In this document: positions 1 to 11,986 of the stretch, in pieces
How the letters are laid out: each line of letters opens with the position of its first letter
Position numbering within the stretch: position 1 is the stretch's first letter
From: Eledone cirrhosa
Lineage: Eukaryota
Assembly: GCA_964016885.1 (NCBI GenBank)
Contig: OZ024750.1
Coordinates: forward strand, 40,052,001-40,116,000
Direction of reading: 5' to 3'
Length of the DNA stretch: 64,000 bases
Notes under the pieces: model-generated
Seen by the model: the letters and a program-made list of their open reading frames with translations, nothing else
Databases searched by the model: none
What the model was told of the DNA's origin: nothing
Made by a program: the position numbers and the translations under genes

Positions 1-30
1 ACTTTGTCAGAAAACTGACACGGATACCTC
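1..30 (+). CDS. Candidate host-gene exon 3' part (LCQKTDTDT-S, phase 2)
   Basis: Strong donor GTAAGT at 31. The open frame ends in phase 2, compatible with the candidate exon at 3878. No protein family recognised. Confidence 0.25.
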
Positions 31-164
31 GTAAGTCTTTCAGGGAGGACATTAACATAATCGGCTCCAGAAGGGCGATTGCTATGAGTTCTTAAATGAC
101 TAGCAAATTCAGCACGAGACAGAACAACCTTTCCACAGGTTTACCAGAGCTTTTAAATGACATA

Positions 165-465
165 AGCGGCGAATTGGCAGGGTCATTAGAACGTCAGATA
201 GACTTATTTACGGTATTCGTTTCAGCTCACTGCTCTGAGTTCAAATACTGTCGAGGTCAACTTTTCATCCATTCAAGGTCGATAAAAAAAGTACCAGTTT
301 AATACTGGTGTCTAATCTTCCTCTGATATCTCTTTCTCACTATCTCTCTATGTAAGAAATCTGCTATATTCAGATCTGGCGAGATGGGCTCCACCGGGTT
401 ATAACAATGTCCTAGAAACGCTGTATATCAATACAACGCCCCTACAACTCCCCCGGGGGTAACGG
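165..465 (+). mobile_element. Meta-domain tRNA-SINE, long-tail subfamily
   Basis: Head ggcgaattggcag...gagttcaaat, Meta-like gaggtcaacttttcatcc...ggtcgataaa...gtaccag, then tail gagatgggctcc...ctagaaacgctgtat. The same tail recurs at ~45460, ~45780 and ~47290. Confidence 0.65.
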
Positions 466-644
466 GTCCATAATATACGTGAAATGACAGGGGTAACGGG
501 TCCATAATATACGTGACATGACTCATGCTAAGGTTGCCATGCAGTTAAATGGAACCCGATGTTTCATAATTGCCAAGTGAACAATTTAACCCATTGTCTA
601 AACCTCATGGTATATACACACAGCATATATACACCCATAATGAA

Positions 645-965
645 GACACGTGACTGTGTGTTTAGGGTATTCGGCTCACAGTCGTAAGGTCGACAGTTCG
701 ATTTCCGGCGGCGCATTCTGTCCTTGAGCAAGACACTTTATTAAACGTTGCTCCAGTCCACACATCTGGCAAACATAAGTTGTACCTATAATTCGAAGAG
801 CCAGCCTTGTCACATTCTGTGTCACACTGAATCTCCCTGAGAACGACATTAAGGGTACGTGTGTCTGTGGAATGCTCAGCCACTCGCACGTTAATTTCAT
901 GAGCAGGCTGTTCTGTCGATCGTATCAACTGGAACACTCGTCGTCGTAACTGACGGAGTGCCAGT
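645..965 (+). mobile_element. CORE-type tRNA-derived SINE
   Basis: A/B-box-like head (cagttcgatttcc) followed by CORE-like tgtccttgagcaagacacttta...gctccagtcc. Homologous to 38525-38820. Confidence 0.75.
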
Positions 966-1441
966 TTAGTATAGTACACACAACAACACCAGACCTGTCA
1001 ACTCTCTCTCTGTCCGACTGGGGGAGATCTCCCACCCACTTTTTGGTAGGTGCGAGATGTCTTCTCTTGTGAAAATGGGTATAGCTTTCATTAAGTAAAA
1101 TCTCCCCATGTTGGGGTACATTCTTTTCGCGGTACTCCCCGCTTCGGTTTTCAGACGTTGGCAAGTCCGTACTCTGTTCTACTTGTACATAAATATTCAC
1201 ATCGATGAACATATAAAGGAAAGCAATTTGTTTAAAATTCAACGTAAACAAAATTGAATAGGCGTGAATTGAGGTAGGTGTTTTAGAAGAATAAAGATAG
1301 GTGAAAAGGTGTAAGTGGGAGAGGTAGAGAAATAGGTTTGTTATCTGAAAAGATAACAATTACATATGCGAAAGGCCAAGGATTTTAGGTGTGCACGACC
1401 AAATTGAGTAGGTTATGTGTGTATGGGTGCGTCTGTCTGTG

Positions 1442-1496
<55 letters not shown>

Positions 1497-1706
1497 TGTT
1501 TATGTGAGAAAGAGAGCAATATACCGTATGTTTAATTAGCTTCTCTCACTTCTTTTGCCGAAAAAAAAAGAAGTAAGTGACATAGTCACTACTTTAAAAA
1601 TGATAGCGCAAGGTCTTCAAAATGTTTTTAATTAAACATACGGTATATTGCCAAATATACTATACATACATTCATGTATACATCGGTATTTCAGAGCACC
1701 AATCCT

Positions 1707-1750
<44 letters not shown>

Positions 1751-1754
<4 letters not shown>

Positions 1755-1805
1755 TATGTATGTATACGTACATACATATATGTATACAGACGTACAGTAG
1801 CATGC

Positions 1806-1850
<45 letters not shown>

Positions 1851-2098
1851 TATACACATATGCATACAGGTACACACACATATATGCACGCATCAGTTTA
1901 GCCGACGTTTATTATAACGCCTGCTTTGTTCGTTTGTTTGTTCGTTCCTGTGTCAGTGTTGAACAAAAGGGTGACGTGGTTGCCTTAACACCGTATGGCA
2001 TAAATTCAGGCTGTTCGATTTAAAGCAGGCGTTATAATAAACGTCGGCTAAACTGATGCGTGCATATATGTGTGTGTACCTGTATGCATATGTGTATA

Positions 2099-2139
<41 letters not shown>

Positions 2140-2253
2140 GCATGCTACTGTACGTCTGTATACATATATGTATGTACGTATACATACATACTTACATTTA
2201 AGTAAGTGCCATACTAAGAGTGAGAAATGAAATTTTGTTTTCATTTTTTTCAA

Positions 2254-2256
<3 letters not shown>
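1751..2256 (+). mobile_element. (TA)n-flanked foldback element: ~175-bp inverted arms, ~95-bp spacer, ~60-bp unpaired tail
   Basis: 1751-1927 is the reverse complement of 2022-2193, apart from (TA)n length. (TA)n lies on both sides. Confidence 0.6.
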
Positions 2257-2307
<51 letters not shown>

Positions 2308-2400
2308 TATATACAAATGTAAACAAAACCCACAGCTCTCACTCTCACAAAGCGTAAACCTAATAACATTATGTACCATTTGAACTATATATATATATAT

Positions 2401-2578
2401 AACGAAGGAGGTGTGGTAATGAACCAGATGGACCATAACGCACCAGAGTACTCAATACTTAGGGTAGTAGAGTGGGTAATAAGAAAATGTTTAACTCCGA
2501 CAGCAGAGCTCAAGCCGTTTCGACGGCTATTTCTGGATGAGTCGAAACGGCTTCAGCTCTGCCGTCGGAGTTAAACAT

Positions 2579-2582
<4 letters not shown>
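2401..2582 (-). mobile_element. Mini PLE-like element family A (inverted arm + 3' tail) in (TA)n
   Basis: Homologous to 4226-4366, 4872-5011 and 46815-46971. Internal hairpin at ~2489-2577. Confidence 0.65.
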
Positions 2583-2654
<72 letters not shown>

Positions 2655-2825
2655 AGAATATTTTCGAAACAGCGAGCGGGTTTGAAATTATTATAAATGT
2701 AAGCTATCGCCGTATTTTGACTAAATAAATTAAAGAAATTATTTAGCCTGATAGTGGGGTTAAGAACCCTCGGAGAAATGGAAAAAGATGAGTATTGACG
2801 TACATGGGAGTCGAACCCACATCTT

Positions 2826-3030
2826 TGGTCAATAGAGACTTTTGACAATATCTGCTTGGTCAATAAAGAGACCTTTGACAATATCTGCTTGGTCAATAAA
2901 GAGACCTTTGACAATATCTGCTTGGTCAATAAAGAGACCTTTGACAATATCTGCTTGGTCAATAAAGAGACCTTTGACAATATCTGCTTGGTCAATAAAG
3001 AGACTTTTGACTATATCAGATCGGTCATCA
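2826..3030. repeat. 33-bp minisatellite (~6 copies) within a minus-strand tRNA-like SINE head
   Basis: Unit tttgacaatatctgcttggtcaataaagagacc. The adjacent ggagtcgaaccc is the reverse complement of a B-box. Confidence 0.75.
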
Positions 3031-3083
3031 AAGAATATGAGGGCTATAAAATAAAGTGGTAGTGATGTTCTCGGTTCTAAATA

Positions 3084-3428
3084 CAGTAGAACCCCGATTC
3101 ACGACCCCCCCCCCCCCCCCACCCGAATATAAATTGTCTCGGGTGACGAACAATGTCTCGAGTAACGAGAACACAAGCCAGCAACAATTGTTGGTGCCAA
3201 GCTGGGAGTATCAGTAGGAAAACGTAACTTGCTGTGTAGTTAGTTACTATGGTGATATCTATCTGTCTTTCACACAGTCTCCCCCCTCTCTCCCCCTCAC
3301 CCCCCTCTCTCTCTGTATTTCCCTCTCAACATTTCGTATGGGGAAAATCGTTTCAGTTTACGGATATTTCGGGTGACGAACGACCGACCTTCAGGAACAA
3401 AGTAAGTTCGGGAACTTAGGTTCCACTG
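3084..3428. mobile_element. Tigger/pogo-like MITE
   Basis: TA|cagtagaacc ... ggttccactg|TA terminal inverted repeats with TA target duplication. Confidence 0.75.
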
Positions 3429-3431
3429 TAG

Positions 3432-3605
3432 AATAATTATTCCTACATTTACCACAAGGCCAGTAATTTGAAGGGAAAGGGGGGGGGGTAAGTCGATTAC
3501 CAGTGCATTACTGGTACTTTATTTTATCGACCCCGTAAGGATGAAAAGCAAAGTTAACCTTGGCGGGATTTGAACTCAGAACGTAAAGAGCCATAACTAT
3601 GTGCC
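3432..3605 (-). mobile_element. Meta-domain tRNA-SINE, short-tail subfamily
   Basis: ctggtactttattttatcgaccccgtaaggatgaaa...gatttgaactcagaacg is the reverse complement of B-box + Meta domain. Confidence 0.75.
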
Positions 3606-3877
3606 AAAAAGCAGCAAAAGCAACAACAACGGAAACATCAACAGCAGCAGCTACAACAATAACAAAAACAACAACAACAACAACAACAGCGGTGGTAGTT
3701 ATATACACCTTTCAAGTTAGATGTAGGGTAAATCATGTTTATAAGGTTTTTGATAGCATCTGTCAGACGATAGCATCTGTCAGATATCTGTTCTGCCTGT
3801 CAGAAATATAAAACCTTGTTTTAGAGGTCAAATCTACGTAGTTTCACTGTTCTCTTCTCTACGTTGTTCCACGTCAG

Positions 3878-3946
3878 AATGTTGACACAGACATTGCATG
3901 ATAATGATGTTATTATATATAATGTCTGTGAGAGAAAGGTCAACAG
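3878..3946 (+). CDS. Candidate 69-nt internal exon (MLTQTLHDNDVIIYNVCERKVN)
   Basis: Pyrimidine tract then cacgtcAG acceptor, CAG|GTACTG donor, symmetric phase 2-2, unique non-repeat sequence. Confidence 0.35.
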
Positions 3947-4190
3947 GTACTGCCCTCTCTGGGGTTTTAGTGCTAGCTTTAGACATGCTGAGACTTCAAT
4001 CTATTTAAAGACTGGAAGACCCTCGTTTTTAAACAACCACAACCACACTAGAAGGACTCACAAAAACTTTAAAATATTTCTCTCTTTTTTTTTTTTTTTT
4101 TTTTTTGCTTAGAGTTCTGCAGATTGTGAGGCCTTAAGCTGTAACCTTTTTAGCTTATGCCTAAATCCGGCACTAATTGAGCTTAATTTA

Positions 4191-4225
<35 letters not shown>

Positions 4226-4228
<3 letters not shown>

Positions 4229-4366
4229 AACAAGTAAGACCCCGACGGCTGAGCTCAAGCCGTTTCGACGGCTAATTCTGGACTGCTTTACCCACTCTAC
4301 TATCCTAAGTATTGAGTACTTTGGTGCGTTATGGTCCACCTGGTTCCTTACCACATTTCCTTCGTT
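4226..4366 (+). mobile_element. Mini PLE-like element family A
   Basis: (TA)n-ggaacaagtaagaccccgacgg...tattgagtact...cacatttccttcgt-(TA)n. Confidence 0.65.
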
Positions 4367-4825
4367 ATATATATATATGAATAAAGTTAGTCCTTCATCA
4401 GTGATCTTCCAACCATCATTGGTATTTCATCGCTTTAAAGACCATATACCTCCGGTTGGTGCGAGCAACGGCTAAAAAAAGTCGTTGGGACACATAAATA
4501 AAGGGGATACGAGTGTAAACAAACAAAAATGGTGAAGCAACGAAAAGTGAGGAAGAAGGAGTCAAGTCCCAAATTTCTATGAATTTAAATTCGGTGAAAT
4601 CGTGAACGAGAGAGAATAAAGACCATCAAACCTGGTTGGAATGTGAGCAAGGAAGGAATTCCGTACAGGTCTAACGGGAGGAAGAAGGGATCTAGTCTGT
4701 GATTTCGGTGAACGTAAGTTCTGTGAAATCGTAGACGAGAGAGAGAAAAAAAGCGACTTGCCAGACTAAGGGTGCGAAAGAAAAGAATTACGCACAGGTC
4801 AAACGGGAAGAAGTAGGAGGAGGAG

Positions 4826-4871
<46 letters not shown>

Positions 4872-4874
<3 letters not shown>

Positions 4875-5009
4875 AACGAGTAGGACCCCGACGGCTGAGC
4901 TCAAGCCGTTTCGACGGCTAATTCTGGACTAAAAACCCACTCTACTACCCTAAGTATTGAGTACTTTGGTGCGTTATGGTCCATCTGGTTCCTTACCACA
5001 TTTCCTTCG

Positions 5010-5011
<2 letters not shown>
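4872..5011 (+). mobile_element. Mini PLE-like element family A
   Basis: Same ends as 4226-4366 with a slightly different internal junction, flanked by (TA)n. Confidence 0.65.
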
Positions 5012-5057
<46 letters not shown>

Positions 5058-5059
<2 letters not shown>

Positions 5060-5645
5060 GTGGTGGACGGGTGGAGGATGGGTGGTGGATGGGTGGTGGA
5101 CGGGTGGTAAATGGGTGATGGGCGGGTGGTGAATGGGTGGTGGACGGGTGGTGGATGGGTGGTGGATGGGTGGTGGATGGGTGGTGGATGGGTGGTAAAT
5201 GGGTGATGGGCGGGTGGTGAATGGGTGGTGGACGGGTGGTGGACGGGTGGTGGATGGGTGGTGGATGGGTGGTGGATGGGTGGTGGATGGGTGGTGGATG
5301 GGTGGTGGATAGGTGGTGGATGGGTGGTGGATGGGTGGTGGATGGGTGGTGGACGGGTGGTAAATGGGTGATGGGCGGGTGGTGAATGGGTGGTGGACGG
5401 GTGGTGGACGGGTGGTGGACGGGTGGTGGATGGGTGGTGGATGGGTAGTGGATGGGTGGTGGATAGGTGGTGGATGGGTGGTGGATGGGTGGTAAATGGG
5501 TGATGGGCGGGTGGTGAATGGGTGGTGGACGGGTGGTGGATGGGTGGTGGATGGGTGGTGGATGGGTGGTGGACGGGTGGTGGATAGGTGGTGGATGGGT
5601 GGTGGATAGGTGGTGGATGGGTGGTGGACGGGTAGTGGATGGGTG
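5058..5645. repeat. G-rich 11-bp minisatellite (GGTGGTGGATG)n with higher-order blocks
   Basis: Direct inspection. The block ggtaaatgggtgatgggcgggtggtgaatg recurs four times. Confidence 0.9.
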
Positions 5646-5683
5646 CATCCGAGTGTAACGCCCTGGTCAACTTGAGATAGAAT

Positions 5684-6650
5684 AATTGTTTCGACTTTTA
5701 GCACAAGGCCAGCAATTACCTCAGTGTATTACTGGTACTTTATTTTATCGACCCCGTAAGGATGAAAGGCAAAGTTAACCTTGGCGGGATTTGAACTCAG
5801 AATGGCAAGGGCCGTAATCCAATTTTATATATTTAATAAGTTTATTTCTAATGTATCTGCACCCCTAAAATATCGATCTCAGAGGTTTTATCTCCATAAG
5901 ATAACATTGTTCGAATTATGTCGACAACAAAACACAACATTTAAACATTTATTGGTTGTTATCAATGGCCTAAAAAAGAGTATTTGATAAGTGAGAGGTT
6001 CACTGTAGTTGAACAGAGTTGGAAAGAATTTGTTAGCAGATCTATTATATATACGACTAGACTTAAAGTAGGTTAACAACAAATAGTGTTACTATCAACA
6101 TCTACAGTGCTTACAATGAATACTTCTTTCTACTTTTGGCACAAGGCCAGCAATTAACCAGTATTACTGGTACTTTATTTTATCGACCCTGTAAGATAGG
6201 CTTCTTATTTAGGCACAATGCCAGCAATTTTGGGGGAGGGGAAAGTCGATTACATTGACCCCAGCTCATGACTGGTACTTTATTTTATCGACTCCTTAAG
6301 GATGAAAGGCAAAGCTAACCTCGACGGAATTTGAACTCAGAACGTAAAGGGCCGTAACTACATGCTGCAAAACATATTGCCCGATGCTCTACCGATTACG
6401 ACCAATCCACCGCCCTTGGTCCAAGAATAATGGTTTGTGATTTAGGCACAAGGCCAACAATTTTTGGGAAAAGGAAAAGTTGATTAAATCAACCCCAGTG
6501 TATTACTGGTACTTTTATTTTATTGATCTCGTAAGGATGAAATGTAAAGCTAACCTCAGCGGAATTTGAACTCAGAACGTAAAGGGCAATAACCCTATGC
6601 CACCAGACATGTTGTCCGACGCTCTACCAATTATTGCCAATCCACCGCCA
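5684..6650 (-). mobile_element. Cluster of four Meta-SINE copies (5684-5818, 6125-6195, 6205-6414, 6432-6650)
   Basis: Repeated gcacaaggccagcaatt...ctggtactttattttatcgac...gaactcagaacg...ccaatccaccgcc. Confidence 0.75.
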
Positions 6651-6705
6651 TTGGCCCAATATATTATATTAAACATGTAAACTGGAAACACAATTGATAA
6701 ACAAT

Positions 6706-7385
6706 GATAGACCCTCATAACCATATATATTCTGAAACTACATTGCCCAGGGTACTTGGATAAGTATATTTCATTTTAATCAAAGGGTTCCCCGAGTGCA
6801 CTAACCCCCGCTGAAAACCCCCTCTGAAAATCTTTTCCCTTCGATTTATATGAAATTTAAACCATAAGTAAATTACAAGATATGATGCCTATTCACAACA
6901 TTTCAGCAAATTTCAATAATATTAAGCACCCTAATGGGGGTTCAACCCCCTACAGTGAAAATGTTGGCCAATAAATGGAACAAAATGTGTTGTAACAAGA
7001 ATATATATAAAGTTGTAGTTCCTGTCTGTTTGTTTGTTTGTTTGTTCACGAACTCCTGTGGTTTTGGAGATAGACCCCATAACCATATATATTCTGAAAC
7101 TACATTGCCCAGGGTACTTGGATAAGTATATTTCATTTTAATCAAAGGGTTCAGGGGGGCACAAACTCCCGCTGAAAATTTTTTCCCTTCGAATTTATAT
7201 GAAATTTAAACTATAGGTAAATGACAAGATATGATGCCTATTCACAAAATTTCAGCAAATTTCAATAATATTAAAATACCCTAATGGAGTTTTTCTCCAT
7301 AAATTATATGACTGATTTAAAATCAATCATCATTTTCTTACAAAAAAATGTGTGAAACACAGCAGGGCACGGGTAATTCGGCTAG
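6706..7385 (+). mobile_element. Non-autonomous Helitron-like element preceded by a partial duplicate
   Basis: 3' end gcagggcacgggtaattcggCTAG|T at 7382-7385. 5'-type tatatataaag plus (gttt)n near 7000. 6706-6940 duplicates ~7068-7290. Confidence 0.55.
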
Positions 7386-7398
7386 TATATAATATAAA

Positions 7399-7848
7399 CA
7401 GTAGCGTAGCTAGAGCGTGTGCCGCTCGGGGCAGTCCTTAAGTTTGCCGAGTTCCTACATACTCAATATATAGAACAGACCCAAAGGTGTCGCTCGAGTC
7501 ACCCCTTAAGTTTAGCGGGTTCCTACATACCTAGATATATAGAATTGACCCAAAAGTGCCGCCTTCATTAAAGTGTGGCTTGGGGCAGCCCTTACGTTTG
7601 ACGAGTTCCTACATACTCAGATATATAGAACAGACCCAAAAGTACCGCTTGGGGCAGCCCTTATGTTTTCCAAGTTCCTACATACTCAGATATACAGAAC
7701 AGACCCCAAAGTACCGCTTGGGGCAGCCCTTAAGTTTTCCAAGTTCTTACATACTCAGATATATAGAACAGACCCAAAAGTCCCGCCCTCCTTCAAATGT
7801 CGCCCGGGGCACCCCCACCCGCGCCCCCTTCCTCTACATACGCCACTA
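7399..7848. mobile_element. hAT-type MITE with internal ~60-bp repeats
   Basis: TIRs cagtagcgtag / catacgccacta. 8-bp TSD aatataaa / aatatgaa. Internal repeat ggggcagcccttaagtttt...tacatactcagatatatagaacagacccaaaag. Confidence 0.7.
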
Positions 7849-7953
7849 AATATGAATACTTCAACACTTAGTTCATTATTTTAGTTTTTTTAATCGACAT
7901 CATTTATCAATACTTAAAATTATCTGATGTAATGTAAATAAGATTGAAACAGA

Positions 7954-8545
7954 GGACGAGGTGAAAGGGCAAACAAAACACGTGCGCTACACGGTTGACC
8001 TGGGGACGAGGTGAAAGGGCAAACAAAACATGTGCGCTACACGGTTGACCTGGGGACGAGGTGAAAGGGCAAACAAAACATGTGCGCTACACGGTTGACC
8101 TGGGGACGAGGTGAAAGGGCAAACAAAACATGTGCGCTACACGGTTGACCTGGGGACGAGGTGAAAGGGAAAACAAAACACGTGCGTTACACGGTTGACC
8201 TGGGGACGAGGTGAAAGGGAAAACAAAACATGTGCGCTACACGGTTGACCTGGGGACGAGGTGAAAGGGCAAACAAAACACGTGCGTTACACGGTTGACC
8301 TGGGGACGAGGTGAAAGGGCAAACATAACACGTGCGCTACACGGTTGACCTAGGGACGAGGTGAAAGGGCAAAAAAAACACGTGCGCTACACGGTTGACC
8401 TGGGGACGAGGTGAAAGGGCAAACATAACACGTGCGCTACACGGTTGACCTAGGGACGAGGTGAAAGGGCAAACAAAACACGTGCGTTACACGGTTGACC
8501 TGGGGACGAGGTGAAAGGGCAAACAAAACACGGTTAATCTGGGGA
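7954..8545. repeat. 50-bp minisatellite (~11-12 copies)
   Basis: Unit ggacgaggtgaaagggcaaacaaaacacgtgcgctacacggttgacctgg. Confidence 0.95.
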
Positions 8546-8559
8546 ACTGTAGATTAGAT

Positions 8560-9060
8560 CAGATTAGAGTCACTCAGACTCTCCCGCGTCTTGCGACGCA
8601 TGAATCAATCATAGTGTTCCACCGCGTTCGGTCAGCAGCCAGTTGCACAGCGTCCCGCCATTGTCTGTTTGTCGCTCGCAGGTCCCTCTCAACTGTCTGG
8701 CGCCAGTTCATTTTGGGTCGCCCTCTCCGTCTGCTTCCCTGTGGGTTCCATTTAAGTACTTGGTTCGCCAGTCGTTCAACTCTAATTGGTGACACTATGA
8801 GGTTCCTCCGTGTATCGCAGTCTTGCATCCCATTCATCAAGTCACTGCTATGAAGTCCAATGTCTTTTTCAATGATTTTCTTGACGGTCAGATTCGGGTG
8901 GCCACATTTACAAGTGACATCTTGGGCCATAACATAACCCTCACAGCAGCTTCACTGTGTCTCATTACATATCCAGCAAGAGCTAGACAACGGCTATCTC
9001 ATGACAGTTGAAATCTTCAGAAGATGGGCGTATAAGATCTTGTGTGCCACTGCCAACAAA
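8560..9060 (-). mobile_element. Two juxtaposed RTE-clade LINE 3' fragments
   Basis: Translation LANQVLKWNPQGSRRRGRPKMNWRQTVERDL...ADRTRW is a typical RTE C-terminus. The upstream piece reads LALAGYVMRH...GHP...KDIG. Confidence 0.75.
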
Positions 9061-9251
9061 TAAAAAAGGGCAGAGGAAAGTTGATTAAATCGACCCCCAG
9101 TGTATTACTGGTACTTTTATTTTATCGATTCAGTAACGATTAAAGGTAAAGCTAACCTCAGTGGGATATGAACTCAGAACGTAAAAAGCCGTAACTATAT
9201 GCCACCAGACATGTTGTCCGACGCTCTACCGATTACAACCAATCCACCGCC
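9045..9251 (-). mobile_element. Meta-domain tRNA-SINE
   Basis: Same consensus as 6432-6650. Confidence 0.75.
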
Positions 9252-9299
9252 ATTTGTCCTAAAAATGGTACCATAGTTATATTGTCAGAAGAAACACAA

Positions 9300-9665
9300 A
9301 GTTCATGGACGTTGGCTCTTAACTTAGTTATCTTTGCGGCACGATAGAGCTAGGTCAAGGGCGTGGAGAGGAGTTGGAGTATAAGGGTGGGTGGCGTCTA
9401 CATAGACAACAGGCATTGATCGACAAGATTTCAAATCTTACTCGCTTACCGAGTGGAGGGCCGGCGTAAAACTCATCAATTCGGACCGAGGAAACAATGT
9501 TTCCGTTGGTCTTTCTTCCATTGCTGATACTATCTACCGGTCGCAACTTCTGGCAGAAAGATGAATACTCAAGGACATAAAGCAACACCTGGTCCGAGAA
9601 ACGAACTCACAACCTCATGATTACGAATCCAATTCTCTAACCTCTCAGCCACGCACCTTCACCTA
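9300..9665 (-). mobile_element. tRNA-SINE (CORE-like head, distinct body)
   Basis: Reverse complement head ggtgaaggtgcgtggctgagaggttaga...gtgagttcg. The body gaaacaatgtttcc is shared with 35880-36160. Confidence 0.6.
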
Positions 9666-9724
9666 AACACCAGTGTCCCGATGATACCCACCCCTTCGGC
9701 GAAAATAAACCAATTGCTGCTGAT

Positions 9725-9955
9725 GACATTTATTTATGGAATCATGTAAATATAGTTCAATAGAAAAAGAAAATAGAAAATTTAGATTGAGAAGAAAGAA
9801 TGGAATGTAAAATAAGAAAATATTTTTAAAAAAATGGAAAAGGAGGGAATGGTAAGGACTCTAGAGTCACAGAAGAATGGGGAGGGTGAGGGTGATTGGG
9901 CTCTGGGCCTAGGGCCTGGTGGTAATGGGGCTGCCCACCTCGGACAGGACCACAA
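9725..9955 (-). repeat. Dispersed repeat (probable LINE 3' UTR), second copy at 32560-32990
   Basis: Reverse complement gggcagccccattaccacc...ccctag...cagag...tagagt...ttccataaataa matches 32575-32990. Confidence 0.55.
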
Positions 9956-10329
9956 AGGCATTCCCAGAAGATAAAGATCTCTTTTGTTCTGTGAAATATC
10001 AATGATACTGTTGTGATTTTAAATTCTTCAAAGTTATCTGATTTTTGTCCAATTCTGCCCGTCTCCGAGGGTACTTGTGCCCATTTTCTCAACTATATAT
10101 ATTTTTTATTGCTATCAACTATTATTATACTCATTTACTTTGGGATCACTATATTGATGAATTCATTTAAGACTCCAATTCTCTTTTTTGAAGCATGATA
10201 TTGATTTTCAGATATATTGATAAGGTTCAACCAAGTTGCAACCGGCAGGAAATAAGATTAACTACGTCAAAGTTAAATGGTCCCCACACCCTCGTTTCTG
10301 GCCAAGTTACAGTTATTCAATCATAGCAG

Positions 10330-11147
10330 AGTCCCTCAAAGGATCTCTGGGTCTCCAAGGGATCCTCTCTAAATTACAAAAGTTCCTCAAAGGATCCCTG
10401 GGTCTCCGAGGGTTCCTCTCTAAATTACAGAAGTCCCCCAAAGGATCACTGGGTCTCCGAGAGTTCCTCTCTAAATTACAGAAGTCCCTCAAAGGATCAC
10501 TGGGTCTCCGAGGGTTCCTCTCTAAATTACAGAAGTCCCTCAAAGGATCACTGGGTCACCGAGGGTTCCTCTCTAAATTACAGAAGTCCTTCAAAGGATC
10601 ACTGGGTCTCCGAGGGGTCCTCTCTAAATTACAGAAGTCCCTAAAAGGGTCCCTCGGTCTCCGAGAGTTCCTCTCTAAATTACAGAAGTCCCTCAATGGA
10701 TCTCTGGGTCTCCAAGGGATCGTCTCTAAATTACAGAAGTCCCTCAAAGGATCACTGGGTCTCCGAGGGCTCCTCTCTAAATTACAGAAGTCCCTCAAAG
10801 GGTCCCTGGGTCTCCGAGAGTTCCTCTCTAAATTACAGAAGTCCCCCAAAGGATCACTGGGTCTCCGAGGGTTCCTCTCTAAATTACAGAAGTCCCTCAA
10901 AGGATCACTGGGTCTCCGAGAGTTCCTCTCTAAATTACAGAAGTCCCTCAAAGGATCACTGGGTCTCCGAGAGTTCCTCTCTAAATTACAGAAGTTCCTC
11001 AAAGGATCACTGGGTCTCCGAGGGTTCCTCTCTAAATTACAGAAGTCCCTCAAAGGATCACTGGGTCTCCGAGAGTTCCTCTCTAAATTACAGAAGTCCC
11101 TCAAAGGATCACTGGGTCTCCGAGGGGTCCTCTCTAAATTACAGAAG
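10330..11147. repeat. 51-bp minisatellite (~16 copies)
   Basis: Unit aaggatcactgggtctccgagagttcctctctaaattacagaagtccctca. Confidence 0.95.
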
Positions 11148-11539
11148 AAACCAACACTAGGTAGTACAAATCTTTTAACAGTATTGGTACACTGCTAAAA
11201 GTATAAGAAAGTAAAGTTAACAAAGCTAGACAACGGCTATCTCATGTTGAATTCCTACTCCATCTGTTATCAGTCACTTGAGGTTAAACTTGAACTAGAT
11301 AAAGACATATCTAATAGAGTTCAGGATATGTTGTGGCCTAAAATACCAGACTGAGGGATCAATTTATTCCTATGTATTATCAATAGAGAAGGGGGGGGGG
11401 GGGGCAGTATCGGTAGAGCGTCGGACAACATGTCTGATTGCTATTTCTCATCTACCCTTAATTGTCTAATTACTATTTTCTCATCTATCTTGATTTATGT
11501 AACATCAGCATCTTTATTAATGTTATTATTATATTGAAG

Positions 11540-11730
11540 GGCGGTGGATTGGCAGTATCGGTAGAGGGTCGGACGCCATGCTTTGACGCATAGAGTTACG
11601 GCCCTTGCCATTCTGAGTTCAAATCCCGCCGAGGTTAACTTTTCCTTTCATCCTTACGGGGTCGATAAAATAAAGTACCAGTAATGTACTGGGTAATTGC
11701 TGGCCTTGTGCCAATAGTAGAAACAATTAT
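11540..11730 (+). mobile_element. Near full-length Meta-domain tRNA-SINE
   Basis: ggcggtggattggcagtatcggtagag (A-box), gagttcaaatccc (B-box), Meta domain, tail ttgtgccaatagtagaaacaattatt. Confidence 0.8.
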
Positions 11731-11910
11731 TATACTGAATCTCCATCGTAACTACAAACTACGAACGTTGAGAGCTTTCTCCTGCTTGCTCCTGTTTTTA
11801 CCAAAACAATCTCTTCGGAATGCATATGTATATATATATAGAATAAGAAAATGCAAAGTAGTGTCAGATGTTAAAGTCCTTTATTGATAAGGCTGTGATA
11901 CATATTTCAG

Positions 11911-11977
11911 TGACAACAGTAGCCACGTGATTCCACGTACCCAGTGCCATGATCTCATCAGACAGCTTCTTACATAA
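11911..11977 (+). CDS. Candidate terminal exon (S-DNSSHVIPRTQCHDLIRQLLT*)
   Basis: atttcAG acceptor. The phase-2 start continues the frame of exon 3878-3946. TAA at 11975-11977. Confidence 0.25.
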
Positions 11978-11986
11978 TAAGGTTAC

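Noticed and set aside
4380-4830. Minus-strand ctgatgaaggac within a pLTR-like fragment
   Set aside because: The 3' half of the core is absent, so a ribozyme cannot be supported.
10236-11198. 320-aa amphipathic repeat ORF (KGSLGLREFLSKLQKSL)
   Set aside because: 51-bp minisatellite with a non-ATG start and no support for coding.
8978-11250. ~25-bp repeat agctagacaacggctatctcatg at ~8981 and ~11224 as a TSD
   Set aside because: The first copy is internal to an RTE fragment, and the intervening DNA is a mosaic rather than one element.
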